64,000 bases of DNA from Candidatus Hadarchaeota archaeon (GTDB lineage: Archaea > CAYQAE01 > CAYVLA01): assembly GCA_964621445.1 (NCBI GenBank), contig CAZUNO010000004.1:109413-173412 (forward strand). The letters run 5' to 3'. This document shows positions 9,104 through 19,994 of this stretch, piece after piece. The notes beneath the pieces were generated by a model that worked only from the letters and a program-made list of their open reading frames with translations, had not been told where the DNA came from and did no database searches. Position numbers and translations under genes: made by a program. Numbering within the stretch: position 1 is the stretch's first letter; each line of letters opens with the position of its first letter.

Positions 9104-11785
9104 ATGGGCTTACTTGGCCGATTCGGAAAAGCCGTGGTTAGCCACCCCAAAGCCATCATCATAATAATTCTGACCTTCACCGCAGTAATGGGTTACTTCG
9201 CCACCCAGGTGGAATTCTCATCCAGCGAGGAGGATTTTCAGCCCGAGGACGAGATTGGGATGGCAAATAGAAGGGTCCAGGAGAAATTCGGGGCCCAGCA
9301 GATTTCAGTTAACGTCCTTTTTTTCTCAAATGATAACGCCATAGATCGAGCATCGCTTCTTGCCCAGCTGGCATTTCGACAGAGAATTTTAAATGACACC
9401 GAAATCAAGAGCTCCCTAGCCACTACATCCGACAACCCCTCGGGCATGAATTCCGTCGTGGACCTGGTATGTCGAGCGGCTTTCATGACGGAACTGTTCG
9501 GCGAGTTTGAAGAACTATTCTCGAATGGAGAAGGATCCTCGGGCCCCCCGCCAGGAGTATTCGGGCAGGTCACTGAGCGTGCGTCGAATCTCTCCGACCA
9601 GGAGCGGAGATCAATCCTCGAAGGAGGCTCATTTGAGGTAAACTTCCAGGGCATGCCCCTGCCCATCACCGTCGATTTTAAGCCCTACCGTCCTTCCCTT
9701 CTTCCGACATATCTTGAGAACACTCCTTACGAGGATATCATCACCTTTCTTCTATCTAAGGATTATGAGAAAGGGGGAACCACGGCCAAAGATGCCCTGT
9801 TCAGCGTCTTGCTTAAGGGTTCCCTGGATTCCGAGAGGGCCCTTTCAGTTGAGGAAAGAATTCAAACCATTGCCAATGATATTGGCTCCTCCAAGGATTT
9901 CCTGGATATCAGGGTGCTGGGCGATGAGTTGACAAGCCAGGTCATAAGCGAGGCTTCAGGGCGGACAACGGGCATACTGATGTCCTTAGCTTTGCTTTCT
10001 GTGGTGGTTACCTTAATGATCGTGTATAGGAGCTTCACTGACACGGCATTGAATATAATCACCCTGATTTTTGCGGTGATATGGGTATTTGGCCTCAGCG
10101 TTTTGCTTGGGTATAGATTCAACCCTGCCATCACCGCGGTTCCCGTATTGATCATCGGGTTGGGGATTGATTACGGAATACATCTCACCAATCGGTATAA
10201 AGAAGAGCTTAGAGGGGGAAAGAAGGTGAAACAGGCCTGGATGGTTAGTGAATCCTCGGTTGGATTTGCTATCCTCCTCACCACCATTACCACCCTTCTC
10301 GGTTTTATGAGCAACATCACATCTTCGGTCGCCTCGGTGAGACACTTCGGCATACTTTCTGCCTCGGGGGTGGTAAGCGCTTTCATCTTGATGGTCACAT
10401 TCCTACCTGCAACAAAGGCCATATTGGACGGTCGAAAGGAGAGATCGGGTGAGCAGGTAGTCAAGGAGAAGAAGGATGCGGATGGTGGGTGGGGTTTTGC
10501 CAGGAAAAAAGTTGAGGCCGAAAGACCCGAGATGTTGGACGAGATGGTCTGTGCGTCGGGACCTGCCTGTATAAACAAGGGATTGGGTGCCGGGGCAATC
10601 ATAGCACGTCATCCAATTATCATTTTGTCGATAGTGGCATTGATCACCGGGATTGCGGTTCTGGGAGCTGTTCAACTGGAGCCAAGATTTGATTTCCGTG
10701 ACTTTCTTCCCCGTGGGCTTGAGGTATCTGAAACCTTCGATCGTTTCTTCAGCGACTTCAACTTCAGTGGCGAATTGGTATATGTTCTGGTAGAGGGCGG
10801 GGTAACCAACCCCCAGGTTCTGGAATCGCTGTCGGCGGTGGAGGGGAGAGCAAGCGAAAGTCCATTCACCAGCCCAACCAGCCCGATTGAATCACCCCTA
10901 GAACTGGCAAGGGGGCTTGCGGACCCGAGTTCTTACCAGTATGATCCGGATGTTGCCCGGTTCTGGAGCGAACGAATTGATGAGGACGGAGATGGAACTC
11001 CGGACGATGATTTGAAGGAAAGGGAAGTGGAGGAGCTTTATGAGCTGCTTTATGAAAAGGATGAGTCCCAGTCACGAAGGGTTCTTCACCGCTCGGGCTC
11101 CGGATTTGACTCTGTCTTGGTGAGGATACCCGTGAAGAGCACTTCCGGAGATGAAGTCCTGACCCTGGCGGAAGATATGAAGTCGGCCGCCGATCCCCTG
11201 GAAGAGCTCCAGGGAGAGGTTAACAGGGTAACCGTTACTGGGTCCCCAATTATCTCGGCGGTCACTCTGGAATCAATTGACACCGATTTCGTTCGTTCGG
11301 TGCTAATCACCTTTGCCGTTTCCCTGCTAATCCTAACCATCATCTATCTTCGCATTAGGAGGGCGATGCTTCTGGGTGCTGTAGCATTGATTCCTCTAAC
11401 TTTTGTCATTGCCTGGGGAGCTGGAACCATGTACTATGCCTCCATACCACTAAACGTGGTAACGGTAACTATACTGGCCATTACCGTAGGGCTGGGAATC
11501 GACTACGGCATACATGTAACAGAACGCTTTTTGGAGGAATTGGATAGACTTGGTGATCCTGATTGCGCTCTCTGTGTTGCCGTAAACCACACGGGTAGTT
11601 CCCTTTTTGGCTCTGCAACCACCACGGTTATCGGTTTCGGAATTCTATCGCTGTCCATAATCCCTCCGCTTGCCCAGTTTGGAGTGATTACCGCAATTAC
11701 CGTATCCTTTGCATTTCTATCCTCGGTGTTCGTTCTACCCACTTTCCTCAGGCTCTGGTACATACTGGGACCGGGCAGGGAGTAG
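9104..11785 (+). CDS. RND superfamily MMPL/HAE3-type transporter
   Basis: Two-fold internal repeat, each half with GLGIDYGIH, about 12 TM segments and two large extracytoplasmic loops. Confidence 0.9.
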   Translation: MGLLGRFGKAVVSHPKAIIIIILTFTAVMGYFATQVEFSSSEEDFQPEDEIGMANRRVQEKFGAQQISVNVLFFSNDNAIDRASLLAQLAFRQRILNDTEIKSSLATTSDNPSGMNSVVDLVCRAAFMTELFGEFEELFSNGEGSSGPPPGVFGQVTERASNLSDQERRSILEGGSFEVNFQGMPLPITVDFKPYRPSLLPTYLENTPYEDIITFLLSKDYEKGGTTAKDALFSVLLKGSLDSERALSVEERIQTIANDIGSSKDFLDIRVLGDELTSQVISEASGRTTGILMSLALLSVVVTLMIVYRSFTDTALNIITLIFAVIWVFGLSVLLGYRFNPAITAVPVLIIGLGIDYGIHLTNRYKEELRGGKKVKQAWMVSESSVGFAILLTTITTLLGFMSNITSSVASVRHFGILSASGVVSAFILMVTFLPATKAILDGRKERSGEQVVKEKKDADGGWGFARKKVEAERPEMLDEMVCASGPACINKGLGAGAIIARHPIIILSIVALITGIAVLGAVQLEPRFDFRDFLPRGLEVSETFDRFFSDFNFSGELVYVLVEGGVTNPQVLESLSAVEGRASESPFTSPTSPIESPLELARGLADPSSYQYDPDVARFWSERIDEDGDGTPDDDLKEREVEELYELLYEKDESQSRRVLHRSGSGFDSVLVRIPVKSTSGDEVLTLAEDMKSAADPLEELQGEVNRVTVTGSPIISAVTLESIDTDFVRSVLITFAVSLLILTIIYLRIRRAMLLGAVALIPLTFVIAWGAGTMYYASIPLNVVTVTILAITVGLGIDYGIHVTERFLEELDRLGDPDCALCVAVNHTGSSLFGSATTTVIGFGILSLSIIPPLAQFGVITAITVSFAFLSSVFVLPTFLRLWYILGPGRE

Positions 11786-11809
11786 TGAAAACCCTCTAAT
11801 TGCGGATAA

Positions 11810-13015
11810 TTATTTTTTCCAGAAGTCTGCCGGCATGGTTTCCGGCTCGCCCTCCAGTTCAAGCTCCACCACGGTGTCCTTGGGGTCCGGGGCCTCCTGG
11901 GGAAGACCCTTAACGAAGGCTCTGTCCGCGGATTGTTCCACATCCAGCTCCCGTCCAGAGGCAAGCATCCGGGCTCCTGTTATCCGGTTTTTTATACCCG
12001 CCAGAGTCATCTCGGTTCCTGGCCAGCACGTGATGTGGATATAGACTTTATTTCCCTTGGCCGTAACATGTCCCACATGCCGCTGGGAAAAGGGAGCCGA
12101 TCCTGCGCCGTAAATCGACTCCTGGTTTACCTTGATCCAGTCACCGATTTCCCTCAGCCTCCTTGCCTGGAGCTGTGGAATCGTCCCGTCGGCCTTCGGC
12201 CCCACGTTTAGGAGAAAGTTCCCGTTTCCCGAGACACATTTGACCAGATTTCTGACCAGCTGCATGGATGATTTTAAATTAGGATCTCCTGGGTGATAGC
12301 CCCACCAGAGATCATCCATGGTCATGCAGCTTTCCCAGGGCCTGTTTTTCCCCTCGATTTTCTGTTCCGGGGTCTCCAAATCCCCGGGAATGCCCGAACG
12401 ATTATTGATTATGATATCCGGCTGAAGAGATCTGACCCGGTTATTTAGTTCCTCAGCCCTCCAGTCCTCTGCCGTGTGGGGCCAGGAGCCATCATACCAC
12501 AGTATATCTATCCTATCATACTTGGTCATCAGCTCTTCTACCTGGGCATGGACATAATCAACAAACTCCCTCCATCCCTGGGGATCCTTTTCTGGCCCTT
12601 TCCAGTATGCCGGCCATCTCCAGTCAAGAAGAGAATAATAGAAGCCGATACGCATATCAGCTTCCCTACACGCATCGACGTACTCCGATATGAAGTCACG
12701 GCCGGAAGCCATCTTGGGAGCAGTGAAGTCCGAAACGTCGCTGTCCCAAAGCGAAAAACCGTCATGATGCCTTGTTGTCAGCACAATGTATTTCATACCT
12801 GCATTCTTGGCCTTTGATACCCATTCTGTTGCATCAAAATTCTGGGGATCAAACCTATGGGCGAGCTTAGCATATTCGGATTTAGGTATTCTCTCGCATT
12901 GCATAATCCACTCGCCGCGAGCTGGAATAGCATATAGCCCCCAGTGTATAAACATACCAAACCTGGCCTTGGTCCACCATTTCATCCTTTCCGGAACCTC
13001 GTATTCATCTGCCAT
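11810..13015 (-). CDS. Alpha-L-fucosidase (GH29)
   Basis: ARFGMFIHWGLY, AGMKYIVLTTRHHDGF, nucleophile motif ILWYDG, NFLLNVGP. Confidence 0.93.
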   Translation of the reverse strand: MADEYEVPERMKWWTKARFGMFIHWGLYAIPARGEWIMQCERIPKSEYAKLAHRFDPQNFDATEWVSKAKNAGMKYIVLTTRHHDGFSLWDSDVSDFTAPKMASGRDFISEYVDACREADMRIGFYYSLLDWRWPAYWKGPEKDPQGWREFVDYVHAQVEELMTKYDRIDILWYDGSWPHTAEDWRAEELNNRVRSLQPDIIINNRSGIPGDLETPEQKIEGKNRPWESCMTMDDLWWGYHPGDPNLKSSMQLVRNLVKCVSGNGNFLLNVGPKADGTIPQLQARRLREIGDWIKVNQESIYGAGSAPFSQRHVGHVTAKGNKVYIHITCWPGTEMTLAGIKNRITGARMLASGRELDVEQSADRAFVKGLPQEAPDPKDTVVELELEGEPETMPADFWKK

Positions 13016-13262
13016 ATCATCAACCTATCTCCCATTCTTCCTTGAGTCGGTCTGAAGAAAATGGGTTTTCGAATTGGGTGAAAAAACGAGTTGACTTAAA
13101 AATCATGCGGAACCAAAAGCAAACAAGCACCCCAAAGTTGCTTTATTCATTATGTTAGCTTATGTTAACCGCACTCATCAAATGCCCTAATTGAGGATTC
13201 GGTGCGCCCCGTATCTCCTTTACCCTTCAAACCTGCACCAATTCGGGAAAATGTCAACTAGC

Positions 13263-15944
13263 TCAATCAGCTAGCTCCTTGTACAACTGGCCGATAATCA
13301 GTACAACCGAACTCAGTGCGAATATCAATAGCCAGCCGAGGTTACCTGGGTCCGTTGTCCTGAGAACCATGGCCAAGGGTGGGAGATAAACGGCGGCGAA
13401 TAGAAGCCCCGTACACAGGGCGAGCGAGCCCCAGATATAGATATTCTGGGTCAACTCATTTCGCAAAATTCCAGTTCCCTTTCCCCTCATGTTGAATACA
13501 TGCCAGAGCTGGGCAAAAGCCAAGGTCAGGAATGATGCCGTAACGGCCTGGGATTCACTCATTCCTAACCAGGACAAGCCCATAAACAGGATCATCAAAA
13601 CGGAGACGGTTATGATGGACCCATAACCGGATATTCCCATCCATGCAGAACGGGGGAGTATGGGCTCCTCGGGGTCTCGAGGTTTTCTCTCCATGATATT
13701 GGGGTGACCGGATCCCGTTGCCATGGCCAGGGCCGGGAATATATCGGTCACCAGGTTAAGGAAAAGTATCTGGAGGGGTAGTATCGGTAGCGGTGCGTTG
13801 GCGATTGAGGCCAGGCCAACTACCATGATCTCGCTAAGGTTGCAGGAGAGAAGAAAATAAACCACCTTCCTTATGTTGTCGAATATGACCCTCCCCTGCT
13901 CCACCGCGGTGGCAATTGTGGAGAAGGAATCGTCCTCCAGAATCATGTCAGCCGCCTCCCTGGCGACCTGGGTTCCCCTTTGCCCCATGGCCACCCCTAT
14001 ATCGGCTTCCTTTAGTGCGGGTGCATCGTTGACACCGTCTCCGGTCATTGCCACTATGGAACCATTTTTCTGGTGTATATCGATGAGATCAAGCTTTTGT
14101 TTGGGATCCACTCTGGCGAACACCGAGGTATTAAGAATCTCACTCCGTCCTTCAGATGGCGTGTCAGCCAGCTCCTTTAACCTCTGACCACTCATTACTG
14201 GGTCAGAAGGCCCCGAGAGCCCGACCTGGACTGCGATATTGCGCGCGGTTACTGCCTGGTCCCCGGTGACCATTATCACTCGAATCCCGGCCTTCTTGCA
14301 GGATTGGATGGAGGCCTTAACCTCCTTTCTCGGAGGATCCTCCAGGCCCACCAAGGCTATGAAATTCAGGTCCTCGTACGGTTCAACTCCCGGATCCCGG
14401 ACCTCCTTTTGAGCCAGGGCCAGAACCCGCAATCCGGACTCCGCCATCCTTCTATTTTCCTCCAGAAGTTCCTCGGAATCCTTAGGGTCCAGAGTATGAG
14501 CCCCCTCTTCCGAGATATAACCCGAACAGACCTTTATTACCTCCTCCGGAGCGCCCTTGACAGCCACTCGATAGTTGGAGTTCATCCTATGATAGGTGGC
14601 CATCATCTTAGTGCTTGAGTCAAATGCCTCCTCCCTCTCCTCCGGTAGCCTTTCTATCAGGTCATCTCGCTCTATCCCTGCTTTGGAGGCCGCTGACAGT
14701 AAGGCGATTTCCATTGGGTCCCCCACTGACTTTCCCTCGGGGCCTAGGGTGGCATTGTTACAGAGAGCTGCCACCTCAAATCCAGCTCTGAGAACGGATT
14801 TCTCATCTATCTCCATTATCCCCTCATCCTCACTAGGAATGGAGAAGTCCTCGCTTTTCGATGAAAGATTGGTCACCGTCATCCGATTTTCGGTTAGCGT
14901 GCCCGTCTTATCGGTGCATATTACGGTGGTCGCTCCCAGGGTTTCGACTGCAGACAGCCTGTTGATAAGGGCATTTTTCCGGGCCATTCTTAACATGCCC
15001 CGGGCCAGGGCTATGGTGGCCACTATGGGAAGTCCCTCGGGAACCGTGGCCACGGCGAGAGCAATGCCCGTTTCAATCATCAGGAACAGCTCTCTACCCG
15101 CTAAGAGCCCTGATACGGTAACTAGGGCGGCAACGACTACGGTCACCCATACTAGCTTTCTTCCCAGTCCCTGCAGGCGTTTTTCTAGCGGGGTTATTTC
15201 CTTCTCCGCGGTGGCAACCAGCGATGAGATCTTCCCCAGTTCGGTATCCATACCGGTATTCACCACCACCCCCGTACCACTCCCCCTGGTTACCGCCGTT
15301 CCCTTGAACAGCATGCTAGCTCTTTCGGCTAGTGGAACTTCTCTATCAACCGGTTGACTTTGCTTGCCAACGGGAAGAGATTCGCCGGTAAGTGTTGATT
15401 CATCCGCCTCCATCCTGGATGTTTCCAACAGCCTAAGGTCGGCGGATATAACGTCGCCTCCTTCCAGTATAACGATGTCGCCTGGAACCAGATCTTCAGC
15501 AGAGATTTCCTGAACCGAGCCATCCCGACGTACCTTTGTGGAAACCGTGCCCAGGCGCCTTAAGGCCTCCATGGATCGAATTGCCCTAAGCTCGGTCACA
15601 AACCCGATTATTCCGTTAATCAGAATGACGGCAAGGATGGCGATGCCCTCCAGGTTCTCCCCAAACAGAAACGACAGACCAGCAGCCACTGCCAAAAGAA
15701 CTACTATCAGACTTTTAAACTGATGAAGAAGTACGCTCCACCAGGGTTCCTTTTCCGCCTCCTCCAGATGGTTGGGTCCGAATATCCTACTGCGACGAGA
15801 TGCCTCTGCGCTTGAGAGGCCTTCCTTTGGATCAACCACCAAGTCGTCGAGTAGAGATTCACTATCCTCGGACCACGGAAATTGTGGTACTGAAGGCCGT
15901 TGGTTTTCGCCTGAATTGGCCACGAAGCTTCCAGGCGGGTTCAA
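13263..15944 (-). CDS. P2A-type cation (Ca2+-like) transporting P-type ATPase
   Basis: TGES, VPEGL, DKTGTLT, KGAPE, TGDGVNDAP, QILFLNLVTD. Confidence 0.93.
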   Translation of the reverse strand: MNPPGSFVANSGENQRPSVPQFPWSEDSESLLDDLVVDPKEGLSSAEASRRSRIFGPNHLEEAEKEPWWSVLLHQFKSLIVVLLAVAAGLSFLFGENLEGIAILAVILINGIIGFVTELRAIRSMEALRRLGTVSTKVRRDGSVQEISAEDLVPGDIVILEGGDVISADLRLLETSRMEADESTLTGESLPVGKQSQPVDREVPLAERASMLFKGTAVTRGSGTGVVVNTGMDTELGKISSLVATAEKEITPLEKRLQGLGRKLVWVTVVVAALVTVSGLLAGRELFLMIETGIALAVATVPEGLPIVATIALARGMLRMARKNALINRLSAVETLGATTVICTDKTGTLTENRMTVTNLSSKSEDFSIPSEDEGIMEIDEKSVLRAGFEVAALCNNATLGPEGKSVGDPMEIALLSAASKAGIERDDLIERLPEEREEAFDSSTKMMATYHRMNSNYRVAVKGAPEEVIKVCSGYISEEGAHTLDPKDSEELLEENRRMAESGLRVLALAQKEVRDPGVEPYEDLNFIALVGLEDPPRKEVKASIQSCKKAGIRVIMVTGDQAVTARNIAVQVGLSGPSDPVMSGQRLKELADTPSEGRSEILNTSVFARVDPKQKLDLIDIHQKNGSIVAMTGDGVNDAPALKEADIGVAMGQRGTQVAREAADMILEDDSFSTIATAVEQGRVIFDNIRKVVYFLLSCNLSEIMVVGLASIANAPLPILPLQILFLNLVTDIFPALAMATGSGHPNIMERKPRDPEEPILPRSAWMGISGYGSIITVSVLMILFMGLSWLGMSESQAVTASFLTLAFAQLWHVFNMRGKGTGILRNELTQNIYIWGSLALCTGLLFAAVYLPPLAMVLRTTDPGNLGWLLIFALSSVVLIIGQLYKELAD

Positions 15945-16064
15945 GTCTTAAATCTTCCATGGATCATTGAACTCATCGTTTTGAGCGTGGGGCCGATTAT
16001 GACAAAGATCTGAAAATCCAATAGTATGTTTTAAACCCCGCTAATATCCAACCAAGGTACGATC

Positions 16065-18056
16065 ATGAAGCGGGATCATGACCACCAAAAGGAGAAGCAT
16101 CAGGATCATCACCGGATGATGAAGGACTTCAGGAGAAGATTCTGGATCTCCTTGATCCTCACGGTTCCCATACTCGCATTGTCCCCCATGATACAATCCT
16201 TCCTGGGGATTGAAGGGGCAATCTCGTTTCCAGGGGACAGCTTTGTACTGCTGGGGCTTTCGGTGTTGGTTTTTTTCTACGGCGGATGGCCGTTTCTTTC
16301 CGGCATAGTTAGAGAACTCAGGCAGAAGCAGCCCGGAATGATGACCCTTATCGCCGTGGCAATAATTGTTGCCTTCATCTACAGCGCTGCGGTGGTTCTG
16401 GGCATTCCTGGTAGGTTCTTCTTCTGGGAGTTAGCCACTCTAATCGACGTTATGTTACTTGGGCATTGGGTGGAAATGAAATCGGTAATGAGCGCCTCCA
16501 ATGCTCTTGAGGAACTGGTCAAACTAATGCCCTCCAAGGCCCACAGGTTGAAGGAGGATGGATCCACGGAAGATGTGGATATCGAGGAGCTTACGAGAGA
16601 GGACAAAGTCAGGGTTAAACCGGGAGAAAAGTTCCCTACCGACGGTAAGATATCCGAGGGGGAGACCACGGTAAATGAATCCATGTTAACCGGGGAGTCG
16701 AAACCTGTGGCAAAGGAGCCCGGCGACGAGGTGATAGGCGGATCGGTAAACAATGAGGGGGTGGTTACCGTTGTGGTCGAGAAGACCGGTGAGGAGACAT
16801 TTCTTTCCCAGATCATTGAAATGGTTGAAGATGCTCAAGAGAGCAAATCGAGAGCACAGGACCTTGCCAACAGAGCGGCCTTCTTGTTGGTAGTCGTCGC
16901 TCTTTCAGTGGGATTCGTAACCCTAGCAGCCTGGCTCTGGGCGGGTAAGGATTTCGTCTACGCGCTTGAGAGATCGGTAACGGTAATGGTAATAACCTGC
17001 CCGCATGCGCTTGGCCTCGCGGTACCCCTAGTCATCGCCACCATAACCGCACTGGGGGCAAGGGAGGGCCTTCTAATACGTAACAGAACCCCCTTCGAGA
17101 AGGCACGTGAACTAGCAGCCATCGTATTCGACAAAACCGGAACCCTGACCGAAGGTCGCTTCGGAGTTGAGGACATCCTATCCTGGGGAAGGGAGAAATC
17201 CGAGATAATTCAACTCGCCGCATCCGTGGAAAATCTATCCGAGCATCCGATAGCACAGGGAATATTGAACGAGGCCCAAAGGCGAGAGCTTGAGGTTCTG
17301 GAGGCAAACGATTTCAAGGCCATGAAAGGAAAAGGCGTTGTAGCCAGCATAAAAGGAAAGGAGATTTCGGTTGTTTCGGAAAAATATCTCCAGGAGAAGG
17401 ACATCGAGATACCTGACAGCGAGAATGGAATTGAAAGTGGGGGCAGAAGTATCGTGTATGTCCTGGAAAATGGTACTCCAATTGGCTGCTTGGCTTTGGG
17501 CGATGTGGTCAGGGGAGAATCAAAGGAGGCCATTCGGAGACTGAAGGAGATGGGACTAAGATGCATGATGATGACCGGGGACACCGAGGAGGTTGCCAGA
17601 TCGGTGGCCGGAGAACTGGGTCTGGATGAATATTTTGCAGAGGTTCTACCTGACGAGAAATCACGAAGAATCCAGGATATCCAGCAGCGAGGGCTTTCAG
17701 TTGCCATGACCGGAGACGGGGTTAACGATGCACCTGCCCTGGCCAGGGCGGATCTTGGTATCGCTATCGGGGCTGGAACCGATGTGGCCATTGAAACTGC
17801 TGATGTAGTTCTGGTCAAGAACGATCCCAGGGATGTGGTTAGCGTCATTAACCTCTCCAAGACATCATATAGCAAGACCCTACAGAACCTATTGTGGGCA
17901 ACCGGTTACAATGTAATAGCCATCCCCCTGGCCGCAGGTGTTCTTGCCTCGGCAAATATAATACTCAGTCCCGCTGCCGGTGCCATGCTAATGTCAGTTA
18001 GCACGGTCATCGTGGCCATTAACGCGAAATTGATTAAGGGTCCGGATGGTTCCTAA
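16065..18056 (+). CDS. copB: Copper-translocating P1B-3 ATPase CopB
   Basis: His-rich N-terminus, CPH motif in TM6, DKTGTLT, SEHP, YN and MSVST motifs. Confidence 0.9.
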   Translation: MKRDHDHQKEKHQDHHRMMKDFRRRFWISLILTVPILALSPMIQSFLGIEGAISFPGDSFVLLGLSVLVFFYGGWPFLSGIVRELRQKQPGMMTLIAVAIIVAFIYSAAVVLGIPGRFFFWELATLIDVMLLGHWVEMKSVMSASNALEELVKLMPSKAHRLKEDGSTEDVDIEELTREDKVRVKPGEKFPTDGKISEGETTVNESMLTGESKPVAKEPGDEVIGGSVNNEGVVTVVVEKTGEETFLSQIIEMVEDAQESKSRAQDLANRAAFLLVVVALSVGFVTLAAWLWAGKDFVYALERSVTVMVITCPHALGLAVPLVIATITALGAREGLLIRNRTPFEKARELAAIVFDKTGTLTEGRFGVEDILSWGREKSEIIQLAASVENLSEHPIAQGILNEAQRRELEVLEANDFKAMKGKGVVASIKGKEISVVSEKYLQEKDIEIPDSENGIESGGRSIVYVLENGTPIGCLALGDVVRGESKEAIRRLKEMGLRCMMMTGDTEEVARSVAGELGLDEYFAEVLPDEKSRRIQDIQQRGLSVAMTGDGVNDAPALARADLGIAIGAGTDVAIETADVVLVKNDPRDVVSVINLSKTSYSKTLQNLLWATGYNVIAIPLAAGVLASANIILSPAAGAMLMSVSTVIVAINAKLIKGPDGS

Positions 18057-18095
18057 ATCGCTTGCTAACATAAATGACCATCAGGAAGGAAACCG

Positions 18096-19031
18096 ATGAA
18101 AATTTTTGAAGACGTAACACAGGTTATCGGTGATACGCCATTAATCAAACTGCAGAAGGTTGCCGCCGAATCAAAGGGAACCATACTGGCAAAGCTGGAA
18201 AGCATGAATCCATTGGGTTCTATTAAGGAAAGGATAGCCCTTTCCATGATTCACGAGGCAGAGGCCAACGGGAAATTGAGCCCTGGGGACACGGTGATAG
18301 AGCCCACAAGTGGGAACACTGGGATTGGTCTTGCCCTTGTCTGTGCCGTGCGGGGATATGATTGCATTCTTGTCATGCCAGAAACGGTAAGCGAGGAAAG
18401 AAAAAAGGTATTGAGTGCACTGGGCGCTGAGATCATATTGACACCACCTGGGAAGGGGATGAAGGACTGTATCTCCATGGTCGAGGGTCTGGTTCGTGAG
18501 AATGAGATGTACGTCTTCCTGAACCAGTTCACCAATCCCGCGAATCCGAGGGCCCACAAGGAAAAAACGGGGATGGAGATATGGAGGGATACCGAAGGTG
18601 AAGTTGATATCCTGGTTGCCGGGGCTGGCACCGGAGGAACCATTACCGGGGCCACTGAGTTTCTAAAATCCAAGAAACCATCATTGAAATCCGTGGTGGT
18701 AGAACCCGCTGAATCCCCGGTTCTATCACAGGGGAGGAAGGGAAGTCACAAGATAGAGGGCATAGGACCCGGCTTCATACCGGAAGTGCTTAGAACCGAA
18801 ATTCTGGACGAGATATTCCCGGTAAAGAGCGACCAGGCCATAAACATGGGGCGTCGCTTGGCCTGTGAAGAGGGTATTATGTGCGGAACCTCATCAGGAG
18901 CGGCTGTACATGCTGCCGTCGAAATTGGTAAAAGATTGACTAACCGCGGCATGACCATCGTGGTTATACTTCCCGATACCGGGATGCGATATCTTAGCAC
19001 CGAGCTGTTCGCTCGCCATTCAGGAGGGTGA
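18096..19031 (+). CDS. cysK: Cysteine synthase A (O-acetylserine thiol-lyase)
   Basis: NPLGSIKER (PLP lysine), EPTSGNTG, GTGGT, HKIEGIG, PDTGMRYLST. Confidence 0.92.
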   Translation: MKIFEDVTQVIGDTPLIKLQKVAAESKGTILAKLESMNPLGSIKERIALSMIHEAEANGKLSPGDTVIEPTSGNTGIGLALVCAVRGYDCILVMPETVSEERKKVLSALGAEIILTPPGKGMKDCISMVEGLVRENEMYVFLNQFTNPANPRAHKEKTGMEIWRDTEGEVDILVAGAGTGGTITGATEFLKSKKPSLKSVVVEPAESPVLSQGRKGSHKIEGIGPGFIPEVLRTEILDEIFPVKSDQAINMGRRLACEEGIMCGTSSGAAVHAAVEIGKRLTNRGMTIVVILPDTGMRYLSTELFARHSGG

Positions 19032-19035
19032 TAAT

Positions 19036-19989
19036 ATGGATCAAGATGAAGAGGATGACCCGGTTACAGAGGCCAAATTGACTTGGGAAGATGACCTTTC
19101 CGAACTCGTTGACTCGGTGATGGCGAGTTATGATAGAGAAGGTGGAATAAATATCCAGGAAAGACAGAACCTGCCCTCCAGAACCGAGGTATCGGATCTA
19201 CTTGACGGGTTTCTCAGCCTTCTTTTCCCCGGTTATCTTGGTCTTCAGGGGATTTCAAGATCGGATACGAGGTATGTGATCGGTAACTCTCTCCATTCCA
19301 CCCAAGATCTTCTCCAGAACCTTATAGAGAGATGTCTCAAACACGAATGCGATAGAAAGGAGAAGTGTGATACCGACCGCTGTGCGGCCAGGGCATACAG
19401 GGTATCTTCGGAACTACTGAGGAGCATACCCCGGACCCGGGAACTATTGAAGGAGGACATACAGGCAGCCTATGACGGGGATCCAGCGGCAAAAAGCCTG
19501 GAGGAGGTTATTCTATCATATCCAGCGATATTGGCCATATCCACATACAGGATAGCGAACCAGCTCTACGAACGGGATATTCCTTTCGTCCCTAGAGTTA
19601 TGTCGGAAAGGGCACATAGCCTCACGGGAATAGATATTCATCCAGGTGCCAGCATAGGAAGGAGATTCTTCATCGACCATGGCACGGGAACGGTGATAGG
19701 GGAGACGGCGGTAATAGGGGATAACGTTAAACTCTACCAGGGAGTGACTCTGGGTGCGCTAAGTTTTCCCAAGGACGAGAGGGGGCGTATAATCAAGGGG
19801 GGCAAGAGACATCCGACCATAGAGGACAATGTTGTCATATATTCAGGGGGCACGATTCTGGGAGGGGAGACGGTCATTGGCCATGACTCGGTAATAGGTG
19901 GAAACTGCTGGATAGTCAAATCCGTGGAACCAAACACCAAGGTAACCATCCACGCTCCGCACCAGCATTACCGAAACACCGAAGAATAA
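19036..19989 (+). CDS. cysE: Serine O-acetyltransferase (long EpsC-type)
   Basis: DPAA, TGIDIHPGA, FFIDHGTGTVIGET, LYQGVTLG, KRHPT; adjacent to cysK. Confidence 0.92.
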   Translation: MDQDEEDDPVTEAKLTWEDDLSELVDSVMASYDREGGINIQERQNLPSRTEVSDLLDGFLSLLFPGYLGLQGISRSDTRYVIGNSLHSTQDLLQNLIERCLKHECDRKEKCDTDRCAARAYRVSSELLRSIPRTRELLKEDIQAAYDGDPAAKSLEEVILSYPAILAISTYRIANQLYERDIPFVPRVMSERAHSLTGIDIHPGASIGRRFFIDHGTGTVIGETAVIGDNVKLYQGVTLGALSFPKDERGRIIKGGKRHPTIEDNVVIYSGGTILGGETVIGHDSVIGGNCWIVKSVEPNTKVTIHAPHQHYRNTEE

Positions 19990-19994
19990 TTCAA

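Noticed and set aside
13141-13170. TTATGTTA direct repeat resembling a bacterial XerD arm (TTATGTTAA)
   Set aside because: The left arm and spacer do not fit a dif site, and a much better palindrome lies next to xerA. It could be an ordinary operator for the fucosidase gene.
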